In this document: positions 1 through 7,261 of the stretch, piece by piece | Numbering within the stretch: the stretch's first letter is position 1 | How the letters are laid out: each line of letters starts with the position of its first letter | Source of the DNA: a virus | DNA: 43,715 nucleotides | IMG/VR virus record: IMGVR_UViG_3300045988_059775 | Direction: 5' to 3' (one strand) | Notes under the pieces: generated by a model | Seen by the model: the letters and a program-made list of their open reading frames with translations, nothing else | What the model was told of the DNA's origin: nothing | Databases searched by the model: none | Translations under genes and position numbers: made by a program

Positions 1-51
1 AACTGATTTGTAATCAGTGGGTTGCAGGTTCAACTCCTGTCACCAGCTCCA
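1..51 (+). tRNA. 3' portion of a tRNA-Thr(UGU) gene (position 26 to the encoded CCA); the 5' half is outside the window or absent
   Basis: Anticodon stem actga/tcagt with loop tttgtaa (anticodon tgt). Variable loop gggtt. T arm gcagg-ttcaact-cctgt. Acceptor 3' strand caccagc, discriminator t, then cca. Confidence 0.75.
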
Positions 52-56
52 AAAAT

Positions 57-102
57 AAACGCACGGACGATAAAAACAAATCGTCCGTGCGTTTTTATTT
101 TT
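57..102. terminator. Bidirectional rho-independent terminator (serves the tRNA on + and integrase on -)
   Basis: 14-bp stem aaacgcacggacga/tcgtccgtgcgttt with a 10-nt loop. An A-run lies upstream and tttttattttt lies downstream. Confidence 0.8.
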
Positions 103-138
103 GCTTGAAATGCCTTAAAATCTCCTGAATGAACGTGA

Positions 139-162
139 CAATCTAACAAACAATCTAACAAA
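139..162 (+). repeat. Tandem 12-bp direct repeat CAATCTAACAAA x2 between the att core and the integrase stop (candidate integrase arm-type sites)
   Basis: 139-150 and 151-162 are identical. Related CTAAC(A/G)(A/C)A motifs occur near the other end at 43546-43553 and 43557-43564. Confidence 0.45.
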
Positions 163-1296
163 TCAATACTTCATCTTTCGCATTTCCTGCAACAGATAAG
201 CCGGGTCATTGTGGGAGACGTACTTGTTGGCCGTGGTGGAGAAATTTTTGTGGCCCAAGATGGCCTGCACGGCGGTCTTTTCCAGGCCGCACTCTACCAT
301 CTTGCTGCTGGCCGTGTGGCGCAGCGTATGCGGATGCACCCCATCTATGTGGCACTCCTGCATCAAGGCCCGAAACTTTGTAGCCACGTTGCGCTTGTCC
401 AGCTTTGTACCGGCTTTGGACGGTATCAGCCACTCACAGCCGCTGTCAAGCATCCAAAAGGCAATGATTTTATAAATGGGGTCCAAAATAGGGATAATGC
501 GGTTTTTGCCCGCCTCGGTCTTCTCGCCGCCCTGCATATACCGCTCTTTTAGATGCACATCGTCGCAGCGCATGGAGAGCAGCTCATCGATACGCATACC
601 GGTGTAGAGCAGCACCATTGCGATTTTTGCTGTCTGCCCAAGCTTCGGGTCGTCTTGTCGGCTGTTTATCTGCTCTATCTCTTGAGCGGTCAAGGTGCGC
701 TCTGCTTTGCCTGTAGCCGCTGGGAGCTGCAAGAGCATAGCATAGTTTTTGTTTATGATGTCCTGAGCCATTGCCCACTCGCAGATCTGACTGAAAAGTG
801 TGCGCTGCTTTTCGCAGGAGCTGCGGGAGAGGCCCTTTTCCACCATCTGGTCAATCACTTGTTGATAGTCTGCAGTTTTTAAGTCCCGGAGCTGTCGGTC
901 ATACAGCGGCGAAGCCTTTGTATAGGCCAGCTCATAACCCTTTTTCATGTCAGTGCCGAGCTTGTCAAATTTGGGCTGCGCTTTCCATTGGGCGTAGGCA
1001 TCCGCAAAAGTACATTTCAGACGCGCTGCGGGGGTGTTTTGGACGTTGTAAGCGTCCAACGCTTGTACTGCTTCACCCGGCGTCGCAAACGTCCCCAGAA
1101 CGTCTCGCTTGGCTGTCAGGGCCACATACGGTTTTGACCTCGTCCCGCTCAACTTATATACGCTGCCGCTGCCCTTTGGGCGGCGGCGCTTTTTTCTTTG
1201 CTGCGGGGCGGCTTCTGGCTGCTTCTTGCCGCAGTAGGGGCAAAAAGATGCATCGTCCGGCATTTCCCGACGGCAGCAGGCGCGAATGCACTTCAA
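163..1296 (-). CDS. int: Tyrosine recombinase (phage integrase) with an N-terminal zinc ribbon
   Basis: 377-aa ORF. C-terminal HTLRHTASS and LGHKNFSTTANKYVSH resemble tyrosine-recombinase catalytic motifs. N-terminal C..CC...CPYC. Lies next to the tRNA-derived repeat. The TTG start overlaps the stop of the upstream ORF (TTGA). Confidence 0.93.
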   Translation of the reverse strand: MKCIRACCRREMPDDASFCPYCGKKQPEAAPQQRKKRRRPKGSGSVYKLSGTRSKPYVALTAKRDVLGTFATPGEAVQALDAYNVQNTPAARLKCTFADAYAQWKAQPKFDKLGTDMKKGYELAYTKASPLYDRQLRDLKTADYQQVIDQMVEKGLSRSSCEKQRTLFSQICEWAMAQDIINKNYAMLLQLPAATGKAERTLTAQEIEQINSRQDDPKLGQTAKIAMVLLYTGMRIDELLSMRCDDVHLKERYMQGGEKTEAGKNRIIPILDPIYKIIAFWMLDSGCEWLIPSKAGTKLDKRNVATKFRALMQECHIDGVHPHTLRHTASSKMVECGLEKTAVQAILGHKNFSTTANKYVSHNDPAYLLQEMRKMKY

Positions 1297-1886
1297 AGCT
1301 CTTCACCTCGCTTTGCGGTATAGTCGGCCTCGCCGCTCTTCGCGGCCTCTTTTCCTGCCTGGTATGCCGACTGCAGCAGACTCACCGGAGGCTGGACTTC
1401 CCATGGAATCGGATCTGTCCCTGTAGCCACGGCGAACCCGTAGTTGTCCAGTATTTGGCCGCAGACGGATACCTTGTTTTGCAAGGGAGTGTGCAGATTT
1501 GCGCACACCTCAGCAAACACCGCCGGTGGATAGCTGCCATGTCGGCCCAAAAGGATAAACAGCACCATCTCTTTTACAATTCGCGGCGCTGTGCGAAAGT
1601 ATCCCGTAAGCATCTCATCCAGCTCTTCGTCTGATTTGCGCTGTATTGGCTCTTTGTAAAGCTCTGGGTGCAGCATTTCTTGCATGGCGGGGAGTGGAGA
1701 AGTCCCGCAAGCCTCGAACCAGTCCATTATCTTGTCAGCTGGTGGGCTGGACGCCCCGCACTCCCAGCTCTGAACCGTAGCCTTTCCCTTGTTGATACGG
1801 CGGGCCATCTCGACTTGGCTCAAGCCTGCCGCGACTCTGGCCCGCGCCAGTGCGACACCAAGCTTTTCCGCAGTAAAGTAGCTCAT
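1293..1886 (-). CDS. XRE-family HTH protein co-transcribed with integrase (possible excision/lysogeny regulator)
   Basis: N-terminal GLSQVEMARRINKGKATVQSWECG is an HTH_3-like motif. GTGAGG lies 9 nt before ATG 1886. 4-nt overlap with int. Confidence 0.75.
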   Translation of the reverse strand: MSYFTAEKLGVALARARVAAGLSQVEMARRINKGKATVQSWECGASSPPADKIMDWFEACGTSPLPAMQEMLHPELYKEPIQRKSDEELDEMLTGYFRTAPRIVKEMVLFILLGRHGSYPPAVFAEVCANLHTPLQNKVSVCGQILDNYGFAVATGTDPIPWEVQPPVSLLQSAYQAGKEAAKSGEADYTAKRGEEL

Positions 1887-2043
1887 CAATTATAACCTCA
1901 CAAATTTCCATGCCATAAAAACAAAAAGTGACATGGGGAAAACCCATGCCACTCGACAGAGCAGAAGTCCTTCAAGTTTTCCCATAAAATGGTAAAATCT
2001 AAAACAAGTTGGACAAATTGAACAAAAACAGAGGTGAAATAAA

Positions 2044-2154
2044 ATGGATTTCGAGCAAAGAAACGGCAAAGAAAACGAAATGACCATCATTGACGGGATG
2101 CCTGCCACCATTTTGACCGGCACGACCCGAACACCTGAACCCTGGGAGGACTAA
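2044..2154 (+). CDS. Small hypothetical ORF (36 aa)
   Basis: Below the track cutoff. AGAGGTG precedes the ATG, and the ORF ends 2 nt before the next ORF. Confidence 0.25.
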   Translation: MDFEQRNGKENEMTIIDGMPATILTGTTRTPEPWED

Positions 2155-2156
2155 AG

Positions 2157-2366
2157 ATGGACAAGATGAAGCTGTTTTGCACCCACATCCGCGCCGCGCT
2201 GGCCTGCTATGAGGATATGCCGCCCGAGGGACAGGCCCGGGCTCGACTTTTCGTGACCCGCAAGGCCGGGGACATCCGACAGCTCAAGGCCGCAGCAGAC
2301 GCACCCGGCGGGGAGCTGGCCGGGGAGCTGTTGCAAAAAATGCAACAACCTTGCAACCGCGAATAA
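2157..2366 (+). CDS. Hypothetical protein (69 aa)
   Basis: GGGAGGA RBS 6 nt upstream of the ATG. No recognisable motif. Confidence 0.45.
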   Translation: MDKMKLFCTHIRAALACYEDMPPEGQARARLFVTRKAGDIRQLKAAADAPGGELAGELLQKMQQPCNRE

Positions 2367-2489
2367 TATCGCGCATATTTTGCGCGTTGTTCGCACGAAA
2401 CGCGCGTATTTAGCAAAAAGTCAGCGTAAATTTCAGCGATTCAGCGCAAATGCTAAATTTTTCGCGCATTTTTGCGTGATTAAACGCGC

Positions 2490-2519
2490 TTGACGCAATA
2501 CAATAAACGGTTGTATAAT
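2490..2519 (+). promoter_or_regulatory. Near-consensus sigma-70-type promoter pointing into the 3' end of the minus-strand SHOCT gene
   Basis: TTGACG (2490-2495), 18-nt spacer ending in TG, then TATAAT (2514-2519). Confidence 0.5.
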
Positions 2520-2534
2520 GCGGTTGTGAACGAG

Positions 2535-3251
2535 TTACAAGCCCAATAGTTGAGCTTTCTTGGCATTGTACTCTGCCTCTGTAACAGCTCCCATATCCAG
2601 CAGCTGCTTAAACTTCAAAAGCTCGTCAGCAACACTGGATGCAACCGGCGTGGCAGCCTGTGGCTTCTCCTGGCTGACTTTGCATCTCTTGAGAAAAGCG
2701 GTCATGCCGCCGGGATAAACCGTTGTCGACAAGCTGCTTTCGCCCAGCGGAAGCACAAAGTGGATAGATACGCTCTCCTTACTGCGGCCCTTGCGGGTCT
2801 CTGTTTTGGCAGTGGCAGCGCCCACGATCGCACCCACAGGACCAGCAACAGCTGCACCGATCACGGCACGGCCAATACCGCCCTTTGTCTCTGTCATCGT
2901 CAGATCGTCAGGAGTATCAGATTCATACCCAGCGACTTCATCAAAGCTGTAGATCATACGAGGGCCTTTATCGCCGCCGCGGTGTCCGATGTAAAACAGC
3001 CGGTTGGGTTTGTCAATCGACACAAAGAGCGCGTCGCCATCATAGATAGAATCTGTTTCTTTGAACGTTTTTCGGCGGCTTTCCAACGTAACCCAGTATC
3101 CCGCAAGTGCAGCTGTCGACTGCTTTGCTGCCCGGATGCCCAATTTTGAAAAGAAAAAGTTACTGCATCCGGCGCAAATCGGGCTGTCTGCGCTTTTCTC
3201 GCGGTTCAGCAGGCCGAGCTTGCCGCCGCATACCGGACAGGCATTTGCCAT
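2535..3251 (-). CDS. Zinc-ribbon / SHOCT-domain protein
   Basis: N-terminal CPVCGG...CAGC. Gly/Ala-rich hydrophobic stretch GRAVIGAAVAGPVGAIVGAA. C-terminal ELLKFKQLLDMGAVTEAEYNAKKAQLL resembles the SHOCT motif. GTGAGGTG RBS precedes ATG 3251 (the track ORF runs to 3287). Confidence 0.75.
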   Translation of the reverse strand: MANACPVCGGKLGLLNREKSADSPICAGCSNFFFSKLGIRAAKQSTAALAGYWVTLESRRKTFKETDSIYDGDALFVSIDKPNRLFYIGHRGGDKGPRMIYSFDEVAGYESDTPDDLTMTETKGGIGRAVIGAAVAGPVGAIVGAATAKTETRKGRSKESVSIHFVLPLGESSLSTTVYPGGMTAFLKRCKVSQEKPQAATPVASSVADELLKFKQLLDMGAVTEAEYNAKKAQLLGL

Positions 3252-3340
3252 AATAAGCACCTCACATATACAAAAATAGGCAGCCAACCAGCTGCCGAAA
3301 AGCTAAATTATCAAGGAAAATGCCAAAGGAGGAAAATAAA

Positions 3341-3472
3341 GTGCAAGAAAACAACACAAAATTGATGAAAGAAGCCACAGACTGTGTTATACTTGAGAAA
3401 ATCAAGCTTGCACTTTCCCTTGGTATCGACGTGGATAAACTCTTAAAGGAGGCAATGCAAAATGTCGAATAA
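3341..3472 (+). CDS. Small hypothetical ORF (43 aa)
   Basis: AAAGGAGG RBS then GTG. Overlaps the start of the next ORF. Below the track cutoff. Confidence 0.3.
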   Translation: MQENNTKLMKEATDCVILEKIKLALSLGIDVDKLLKEAMQNVE

Positions 3473-3830
3473 TACGATTCTTTTTATCATCGCCGTGTTT
3501 GTTATCGCGATGTTTGCGATTCTCGCTTACGAGTTCCTTCATCTCAATGACTTTGCGCTTTTTCGTCGAAAGCCGGAACCGGAGCCGGAACATAAGCACC
3601 TTGACGACCTTTTCCGAGCAGAAGTCATGTATACAGGCGTGACCCTCGGAAGTATCTGCGAACTTTGCCCCAAAACCATTTTTAGGGTAAAGGACGGACG
3701 CGGCGGGTATTTCGCTCTCGACACCGAAAAAGTGGATGAAAAAAAGCTGCGCTTTTACAAAACCATTTTTGTTAAAGCACTGGATGCCCCGAATTACGAG
3801 CTGGAGGTGCCTGACCCGTCACTTCTTTGA
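3462..3830 (+). CDS. Membrane-anchored hypothetical protein
   Basis: AAAGGAGG RBS. N-terminal hydrophobic helix ILFIIAVFVIAMFAILAY. Low-GC segment. Confidence 0.6.
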   Translation: MSNNTILFIIAVFVIAMFAILAYEFLHLNDFALFRRKPEPEPEHKHLDDLFRAEVMYTGVTLGSICELCPKTIFRVKDGRGGYFALDTEKVDEKKLRFYKTIFVKALDAPNYELEVPDPSLL

Positions 3831-4186
3831 GTGAAGAAGTACGTCAACAGAGCAGAGATAGTAGCGATAACAGCACTTTGAAAAAACTGTTTTCGTGAAA
3901 TCATCTGCTCTTTTTCTTTTTTCAAAAAGTACGTTCGCCCTTTTGCGGTCAAAGCTAAATAATGGTACGTCTTATAATTTCGCGCATCTACCTGCTCGCC
4001 ACTTGTTTTGATTTCGGCATAACCATCCGCGACAAGCAGATCAGCAAGAACCGCAGAGTCCTTTTTGAATTCTTCTGAAAAAGTTCCAGTCAATACTCCT
4101 ATCGCATTGGGATCCTTTTGATAAAATTCAAGAAGATACCGAAGTGCTTCCTCTTCCTGCTTTAGCTTAACCATTCCCATTCCCAT
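3794..4186 (-). CDS. Hypothetical protein with a C-terminal transmembrane helix, directly downstream of the CI-like repressor
   Basis: 130-aa ORF overlapping the repressor stop. YLALTAKGRTYF resembles a winged-helix wing. C-terminal AVIATISALLTYFF is hydrophobic. Confidence 0.6.
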   Translation of the reverse strand: MGMGMVKLKQEEEALRYLLEFYQKDPNAIGVLTGTFSEEFKKDSAVLADLLVADGYAEIKTSGEQVDARNYKTYHYLALTAKGRTYFLKKEKEQMISRKQFFQSAVIATISALLTYFFTQRSDGSGTSSS

Positions 4187-4565
4187 CCATCATGTTCAAA
4201 GCTGCATCAATGGAAATGTCCAGCGAGTTTAGAAAAGCTTCCTGCTGTTTTGTCGGCAACTTGCTCAGCTTATCTAATATAGTATAAGCTTTTGCTTTCA
4301 CATCTGCATCCAGCCCACTCCCTTCACCGGGGGTGGGCTTTTCTTTTTGCTCTGGTTCTTGGCCAGTCAACAAATAATCAACCGTTACATCAAAATAGCT
4401 GGCAAGTTTTGATGTGTTATCAGAAGATGGCTTCGGGTCTTCGCCCTGTTCATACTTCTTTTTCCAATAAGACCAAGATGATTTCGGCAAACCAGCATCA
4501 ATAACAGCCTTTGTTGGAGCGACTTTCTTTAATTCGCACAGTGCCAAGAAGTTGTCAAAAAACAT
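4167..4565 (-). CDS. CI-like XRE-family repressor
   Basis: N-terminal HTH (KVAPTKAVIDAGLPKSSWSYWKK ... LASYFDVTVDYLL). Divergent from the Cro-like gene across an operator-rich gap. Confidence 0.8.
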   Translation of the reverse strand: MFFDNFLALCELKKVAPTKAVIDAGLPKSSWSYWKKKYEQGEDPKPSSDNTSKLASYFDVTVDYLLTGQEPEQKEKPTPGEGSGLDADVKAKAYTILDKLSKLPTKQQEAFLNSLDISIDAALNMMDGNGNG

Positions 4566-4798
4566 ATACTCAGCCCTCTATTCTTGTGCAGATTGCCGAA
4601 GTTCAACAAATTGAGCACAAACCATTGAAATGCTCAACAAATTGTGCTTTAATACTGTCATCGGGTTCAATAAATCGAACGCGAAATCCACTAAGCACAA
4701 GAGCAATGGTTAAATGTTTGAACTTTATTGACAACATTATATTATCATACTTTTAACTTTTGTTCAAGTGTTTGCACAAAGAAAGGAGAAATAAAATT
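4566..4798. promoter_or_regulatory. Genetic-switch intergenic region with repeated TTGTGC/GCACAA half-sites and CAACAAATTG(A/T)GC repeats
   Basis: TTGTGC at 4584 and 4643. GCACAA at 4615, 4695 and 4773. ttcaacaaattgagc (4602) and ctcaacaaattgtgc (4633). Confidence 0.5.
4718..4745 (+). promoter_or_regulatory. Candidate rightward early promoter
   Basis: TTGAAC (4718-4723), 16-nt spacer, TATTAT (4740-4745). An overlapping TTGACA lies at 4728-4733. Confidence 0.45.
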
Positions 4799-5002
4799 TT
4801 GCATCCTGAGTGGACAGGCGACGTCATCGGAAAGCTTCACGTTCACGGGCTTTCGATTAAAGAGCTTGCTGAAAGCATGGGTTACACGCACGAGTATTTG
4901 AGCGTCATTCTCAATGGCAAGCGTGAGCCTAAAGGAATTCAGAAAAAAGTTGAGTGTGCAGTGAACAAACTTATTGAACAGAAGGAGAATAAAACAACAT
5001 GA
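4799..5002 (+). CDS. Cro-like HTH regulator
   Basis: LSIKELAESMGYTHEYLSVILNGKR is HTH-like. AAAGGAG RBS lies 10 nt before TTG 4799. The track ORF starts at TTG 4760, which has no RBS. Confidence 0.65.
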   Translation: MHPEWTGDVIGKLHVHGLSIKELAESMGYTHEYLSVILNGKREPKGIQKKVECAVNKLIEQKENKTT

Positions 5003-5748
5003 GCAACCTTATTCCCATTAGCTACGACAACCCGGAACGCCCCACGGTGAGTGGCCGGGAGCTGCACGAGTTTTTGCGGGTCAAGACGGCTTACAAGGAC
5101 TGGTTTCCCCGCATGGTGGAATACGGCTTCACCGAGGGAGAGGACTTTTGCTCAATTTTGAGCGAAAGTACCGGAGGCCGTCCGAGCACTGACCACCAGC
5201 TTACTATCCCGATGGCCAAAGAGCTGTGCATGATCCAGCGCAATGAGCGCGGCAAGCAGGCCCGGCAGTATTTTTTGGCCGTCGAGGCACAGTGGAACAG
5301 CCCGGAAGCGGTCATGCGCCGCGCGGTGCTCATTGCAGACCGTAAGGTGAAAGAGCTGCAAAGTGTTAACCGTAGCTTGCTGGCCGAGAACAACGACCTG
5401 AAGCCGGATGCAGAGTATGCCCGGGCGGTGTGCATCGGAGACAACTGCCGCACGGCAACCAGCATCGCCAAAGATTACGGCATGAGCAGTGAAAAGCTCA
5501 ACAGCATCCTCCACGGGCTTAAAATCCAGTGGAAGAACAGTGACGGCCAGTGGGTGTTATACGCAAAGTATAGCGGCAAAGGTTACACCAAGAACCGCAA
5601 GGGCAAGCCTTTCCAGCACAACAGCGGCAAGATTCAGACACCCAACACTACCGTCTGGACGGAAGCAGGCCAGCGCTTTATCTATGAGCAGCTCAAGGCC
5701 ATTGGCCTGACGCCCAGCATCGAGCACAAGGAGGACGCAAATGCCTGA
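4999..5748 (+). CDS. Phage antirepressor (AntA/AntB-like N-terminal domain plus KilAC-like C-terminal domain)
   Basis: SGRELHEFLRVKTAYKDWFPRMVEYGFTEGEDF and TATSIAKDYGMSSEKLNSILHGLKIQW resemble the two antirepressor domains. Confidence 0.85.
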   Translation: MSNLIPISYDNPERPTVSGRELHEFLRVKTAYKDWFPRMVEYGFTEGEDFCSILSESTGGRPSTDHQLTIPMAKELCMIQRNERGKQARQYFLAVEAQWNSPEAVMRRAVLIADRKVKELQSVNRSLLAENNDLKPDAEYARAVCIGDNCRTATSIAKDYGMSSEKLNSILHGLKIQWKNSDGQWVLYAKYSGKGYTKNRKGKPFQHNSGKIQTPNTTVWTEAGQRFIYEQLKAIGLTPSIEHKEDANA

Positions 5749-5938
5749 TTTCGAAACATTTCTGCTTGCGCTTGCATCGATTGTGCTCATTGTCGTTGCT
5801 TTTGGCTTTTCGTGGGCCGTCATTTCCGGCCTTTGGTGGCTTATCTGCAAGCTCATCGGTTGGCAGTTCTCTTTCGGCGTATCGACGGCAATCTGGATCG
5901 TCGCAATGCTGCTGAAGTGGGCAACGAGCCGCAAGTGA
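5741..5938 (+). CDS. Small two-helix membrane protein (paralog of 7563-7745)
   Basis: 65 aa and almost entirely hydrophobic. ATG overlaps the previous stop. Shares an AF..SW.V...W.IC.L..W.F....A.WI pattern with 7563-7745. Confidence 0.55.
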   Translation: MPDFETFLLALASIVLIVVAFGFSWAVISGLWWLICKLIGWQFSFGVSTAIWIVAMLLKWATSRK

Positions 5939-6098
5939 CAAAAGGAGGCAGAGCCGTGAACCAAAACAAAAAGCCCAGCCGGAAGCCCGACTGAGACGCA
6001 ACCACGATTACGATTATCTGCATTTTGATAACCGTGCTTAATGTGTCACTTGTAGTATTCCAAATATTATGGTGACTGCTAAGGAATGGAGGATAGAT

Positions 6099-6251
6099 AT
6101 GACCAAAGAGGCCCTGGATAAAAACGAAGAACTTCTCAGCAAGCAGTTGGAGCTGCTTTCTGAGAAGTCCCCGAATGCTGATTTGGACACCCTGGTAAAA
6201 CTTACGGATGCAATGTGCAAGGTTTACAGGACGCTCACTGATGCGCCTTAA
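6099..6251 (+). CDS. Hypothetical protein (50 aa)
   Basis: GGAGG lies 6 nt before ATG 6099 (track ORF from 6069). Helical, charged sequence. Confidence 0.45.
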   Translation: MTKEALDKNEELLSKQLELLSEKSPNADLDTLVKLTDAMCKVYRTLTDAP

Positions 6252-6420
6252 AGTATCCAGAATCATGCTTTTCCCTGTAGTCCTTTCGGATTTCATACAG
6301 TGATTCCCAATACATGGTATGAATTTCCGCAGGAGTCTTCCCGCTCAAATCCTGATGCTGAACGTAGGCCAAGGCAAGAGCTTCAGAAAGAGAACTCGGA
6401 AAAGTTTTGAAATCACTCAT
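6235..6420 (-). CDS. Hypothetical protein (61 aa) on the opposite strand to the early operon
   Basis: GGGGGTG RBS and its own consensus promoter upstream. Convergent with, and overlapping, 6099-6251. Confidence 0.55.
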   Translation of the reverse strand: MSDFKTFPSSLSEALALAYVQHQDLSGKTPAEIHTMYWESLYEIRKDYREKHDSGYFKAHQ

Positions 6421-6443
6421 TTTGTCACCCCCTTTCCCTGCCT

Positions 6444-6472
6444 ATTATAACAGGCACCGGGGTGGACGACAA
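6444..6472 (-). promoter_or_regulatory. Consensus-like promoter for the minus-strand 61-aa ORF
   Basis: Minus strand reads TTGTCG (6472-6467), 17-nt spacer, TATAAT (6449-6444). Confidence 0.5.
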
Positions 6473-6485
6473 GAAAGGACAAAAT

Positions 6486-7259
6486 ATGGCAAACATTCAA
6501 ATTTTCACAAGCCCCGAGTTTGGGGACATCCGCACGGTAGACCAGAACGGCGAGCCGTGGTTCGTGGGCAAGGACGTGGCGGCGGCGCTGGGATACGGCG
6601 AAGGCAAGTCACTCGCAAACGCCGTTTCCAACCACGTTGACGAGCAGGACAAAGGGGTCACCGAATTGATGACCCCCGGCGGCAACCAGAGAATGGTCAT
6701 TATCAACGAGTCCGGCCTGTACAGCCTGATTTTTGGCAGCAAACTGGAAGGGGCCGTGCGGTTCAAGCGCTGGGTGACAAGCGAAGTATTACCCGCCCTG
6801 CGCAAGACGGGCAGCTACATGATGCCCAAGCTCAGCAAGGAGATGCAAGCGCTGTTTATGCTTGACAACCGCACCCAGCGGCAGGAAGAGCGGCTCACCG
6901 CGTTGGAGAACACCATGACGGTGGATTACAACCAGCAGCGTGTGCTGCGCAAGGCCATCAGCCGGGCCGTCATTGGAGAGCTGGGCGGCGAGGACACCCC
7001 GGCCTACATCGACAACCACGTGCGCAGCAAGGTGTACAGCGAGTGCAACCACGATGTGCAGGACTGGTTCCGGGTGAACAGCGTGGGCAACATCCCCCGC
7101 AAGCGCTTTGACGAGGCGGTGGAGTACATCCAGCGCTGGAAGCCCAGCACCAACACCGTGATGTTGATCCAGCAGACCAACGGACAGACCAGCTTGTTTG
7201 CCGCAGCCGCTGCCCAGAAGAACACCACCACCGCCGGGAAGTTTGTTAAGGAGGTATAA
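6486..7259 (+). CDS. BRO-N family antirepressor-like protein with an extra C-terminal domain
   Basis: IQIFTSPEFGDIRTVDQNGEPWFVGKDVAAALGY ... INESGLYSLIFGSKLEGAVRFKRWVTSEVLPALRKTG resembles the BRO-N pattern. ATG 6486 follows an AAGAAAGGA RBS. Confidence 0.85.
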   Translation: MANIQIFTSPEFGDIRTVDQNGEPWFVGKDVAAALGYGEGKSLANAVSNHVDEQDKGVTELMTPGGNQRMVIINESGLYSLIFGSKLEGAVRFKRWVTSEVLPALRKTGSYMMPKLSKEMQALFMLDNRTQRQEERLTALENTMTVDYNQQRVLRKAISRAVIGELGGEDTPAYIDNHVRSKVYSECNHDVQDWFRVNSVGNIPRKRFDEAVEYIQRWKPSTNTVMLIQQTNGQTSLFAAAAAQKNTTTAGKFVKEV

Positions 7260-7261
7260 GC

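Larger units (their letters stand above)
1..119 (+). repeat. Left copy of a perfect 119-bp terminal direct repeat (att core region or assembly/terminal overlap)
   Basis: Bases 1-119 are identical to 43597-43715 by direct comparison. Confidence 0.95.

Noticed and set aside
798-1634. A 278-aa plus-strand ORF overlapping the integrase and the int-linked HTH gene.
   Set aside because: It is antisense to two genes with clear family motifs. Its translation is Arg/Cys/Ser-rich with no motif and no RBS.
2550-3149. A 199-aa plus-strand ORF downstream of the consensus promoter at 2490-2519.
   Set aside because: It has an implausible Cys/Arg/His-rich composition and no RBS. The opposite strand encodes a protein with clear zinc-ribbon and SHOCT-like motifs. 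The promoter is therefore treated as an antisense promoter rather than as evidence for this ORF.
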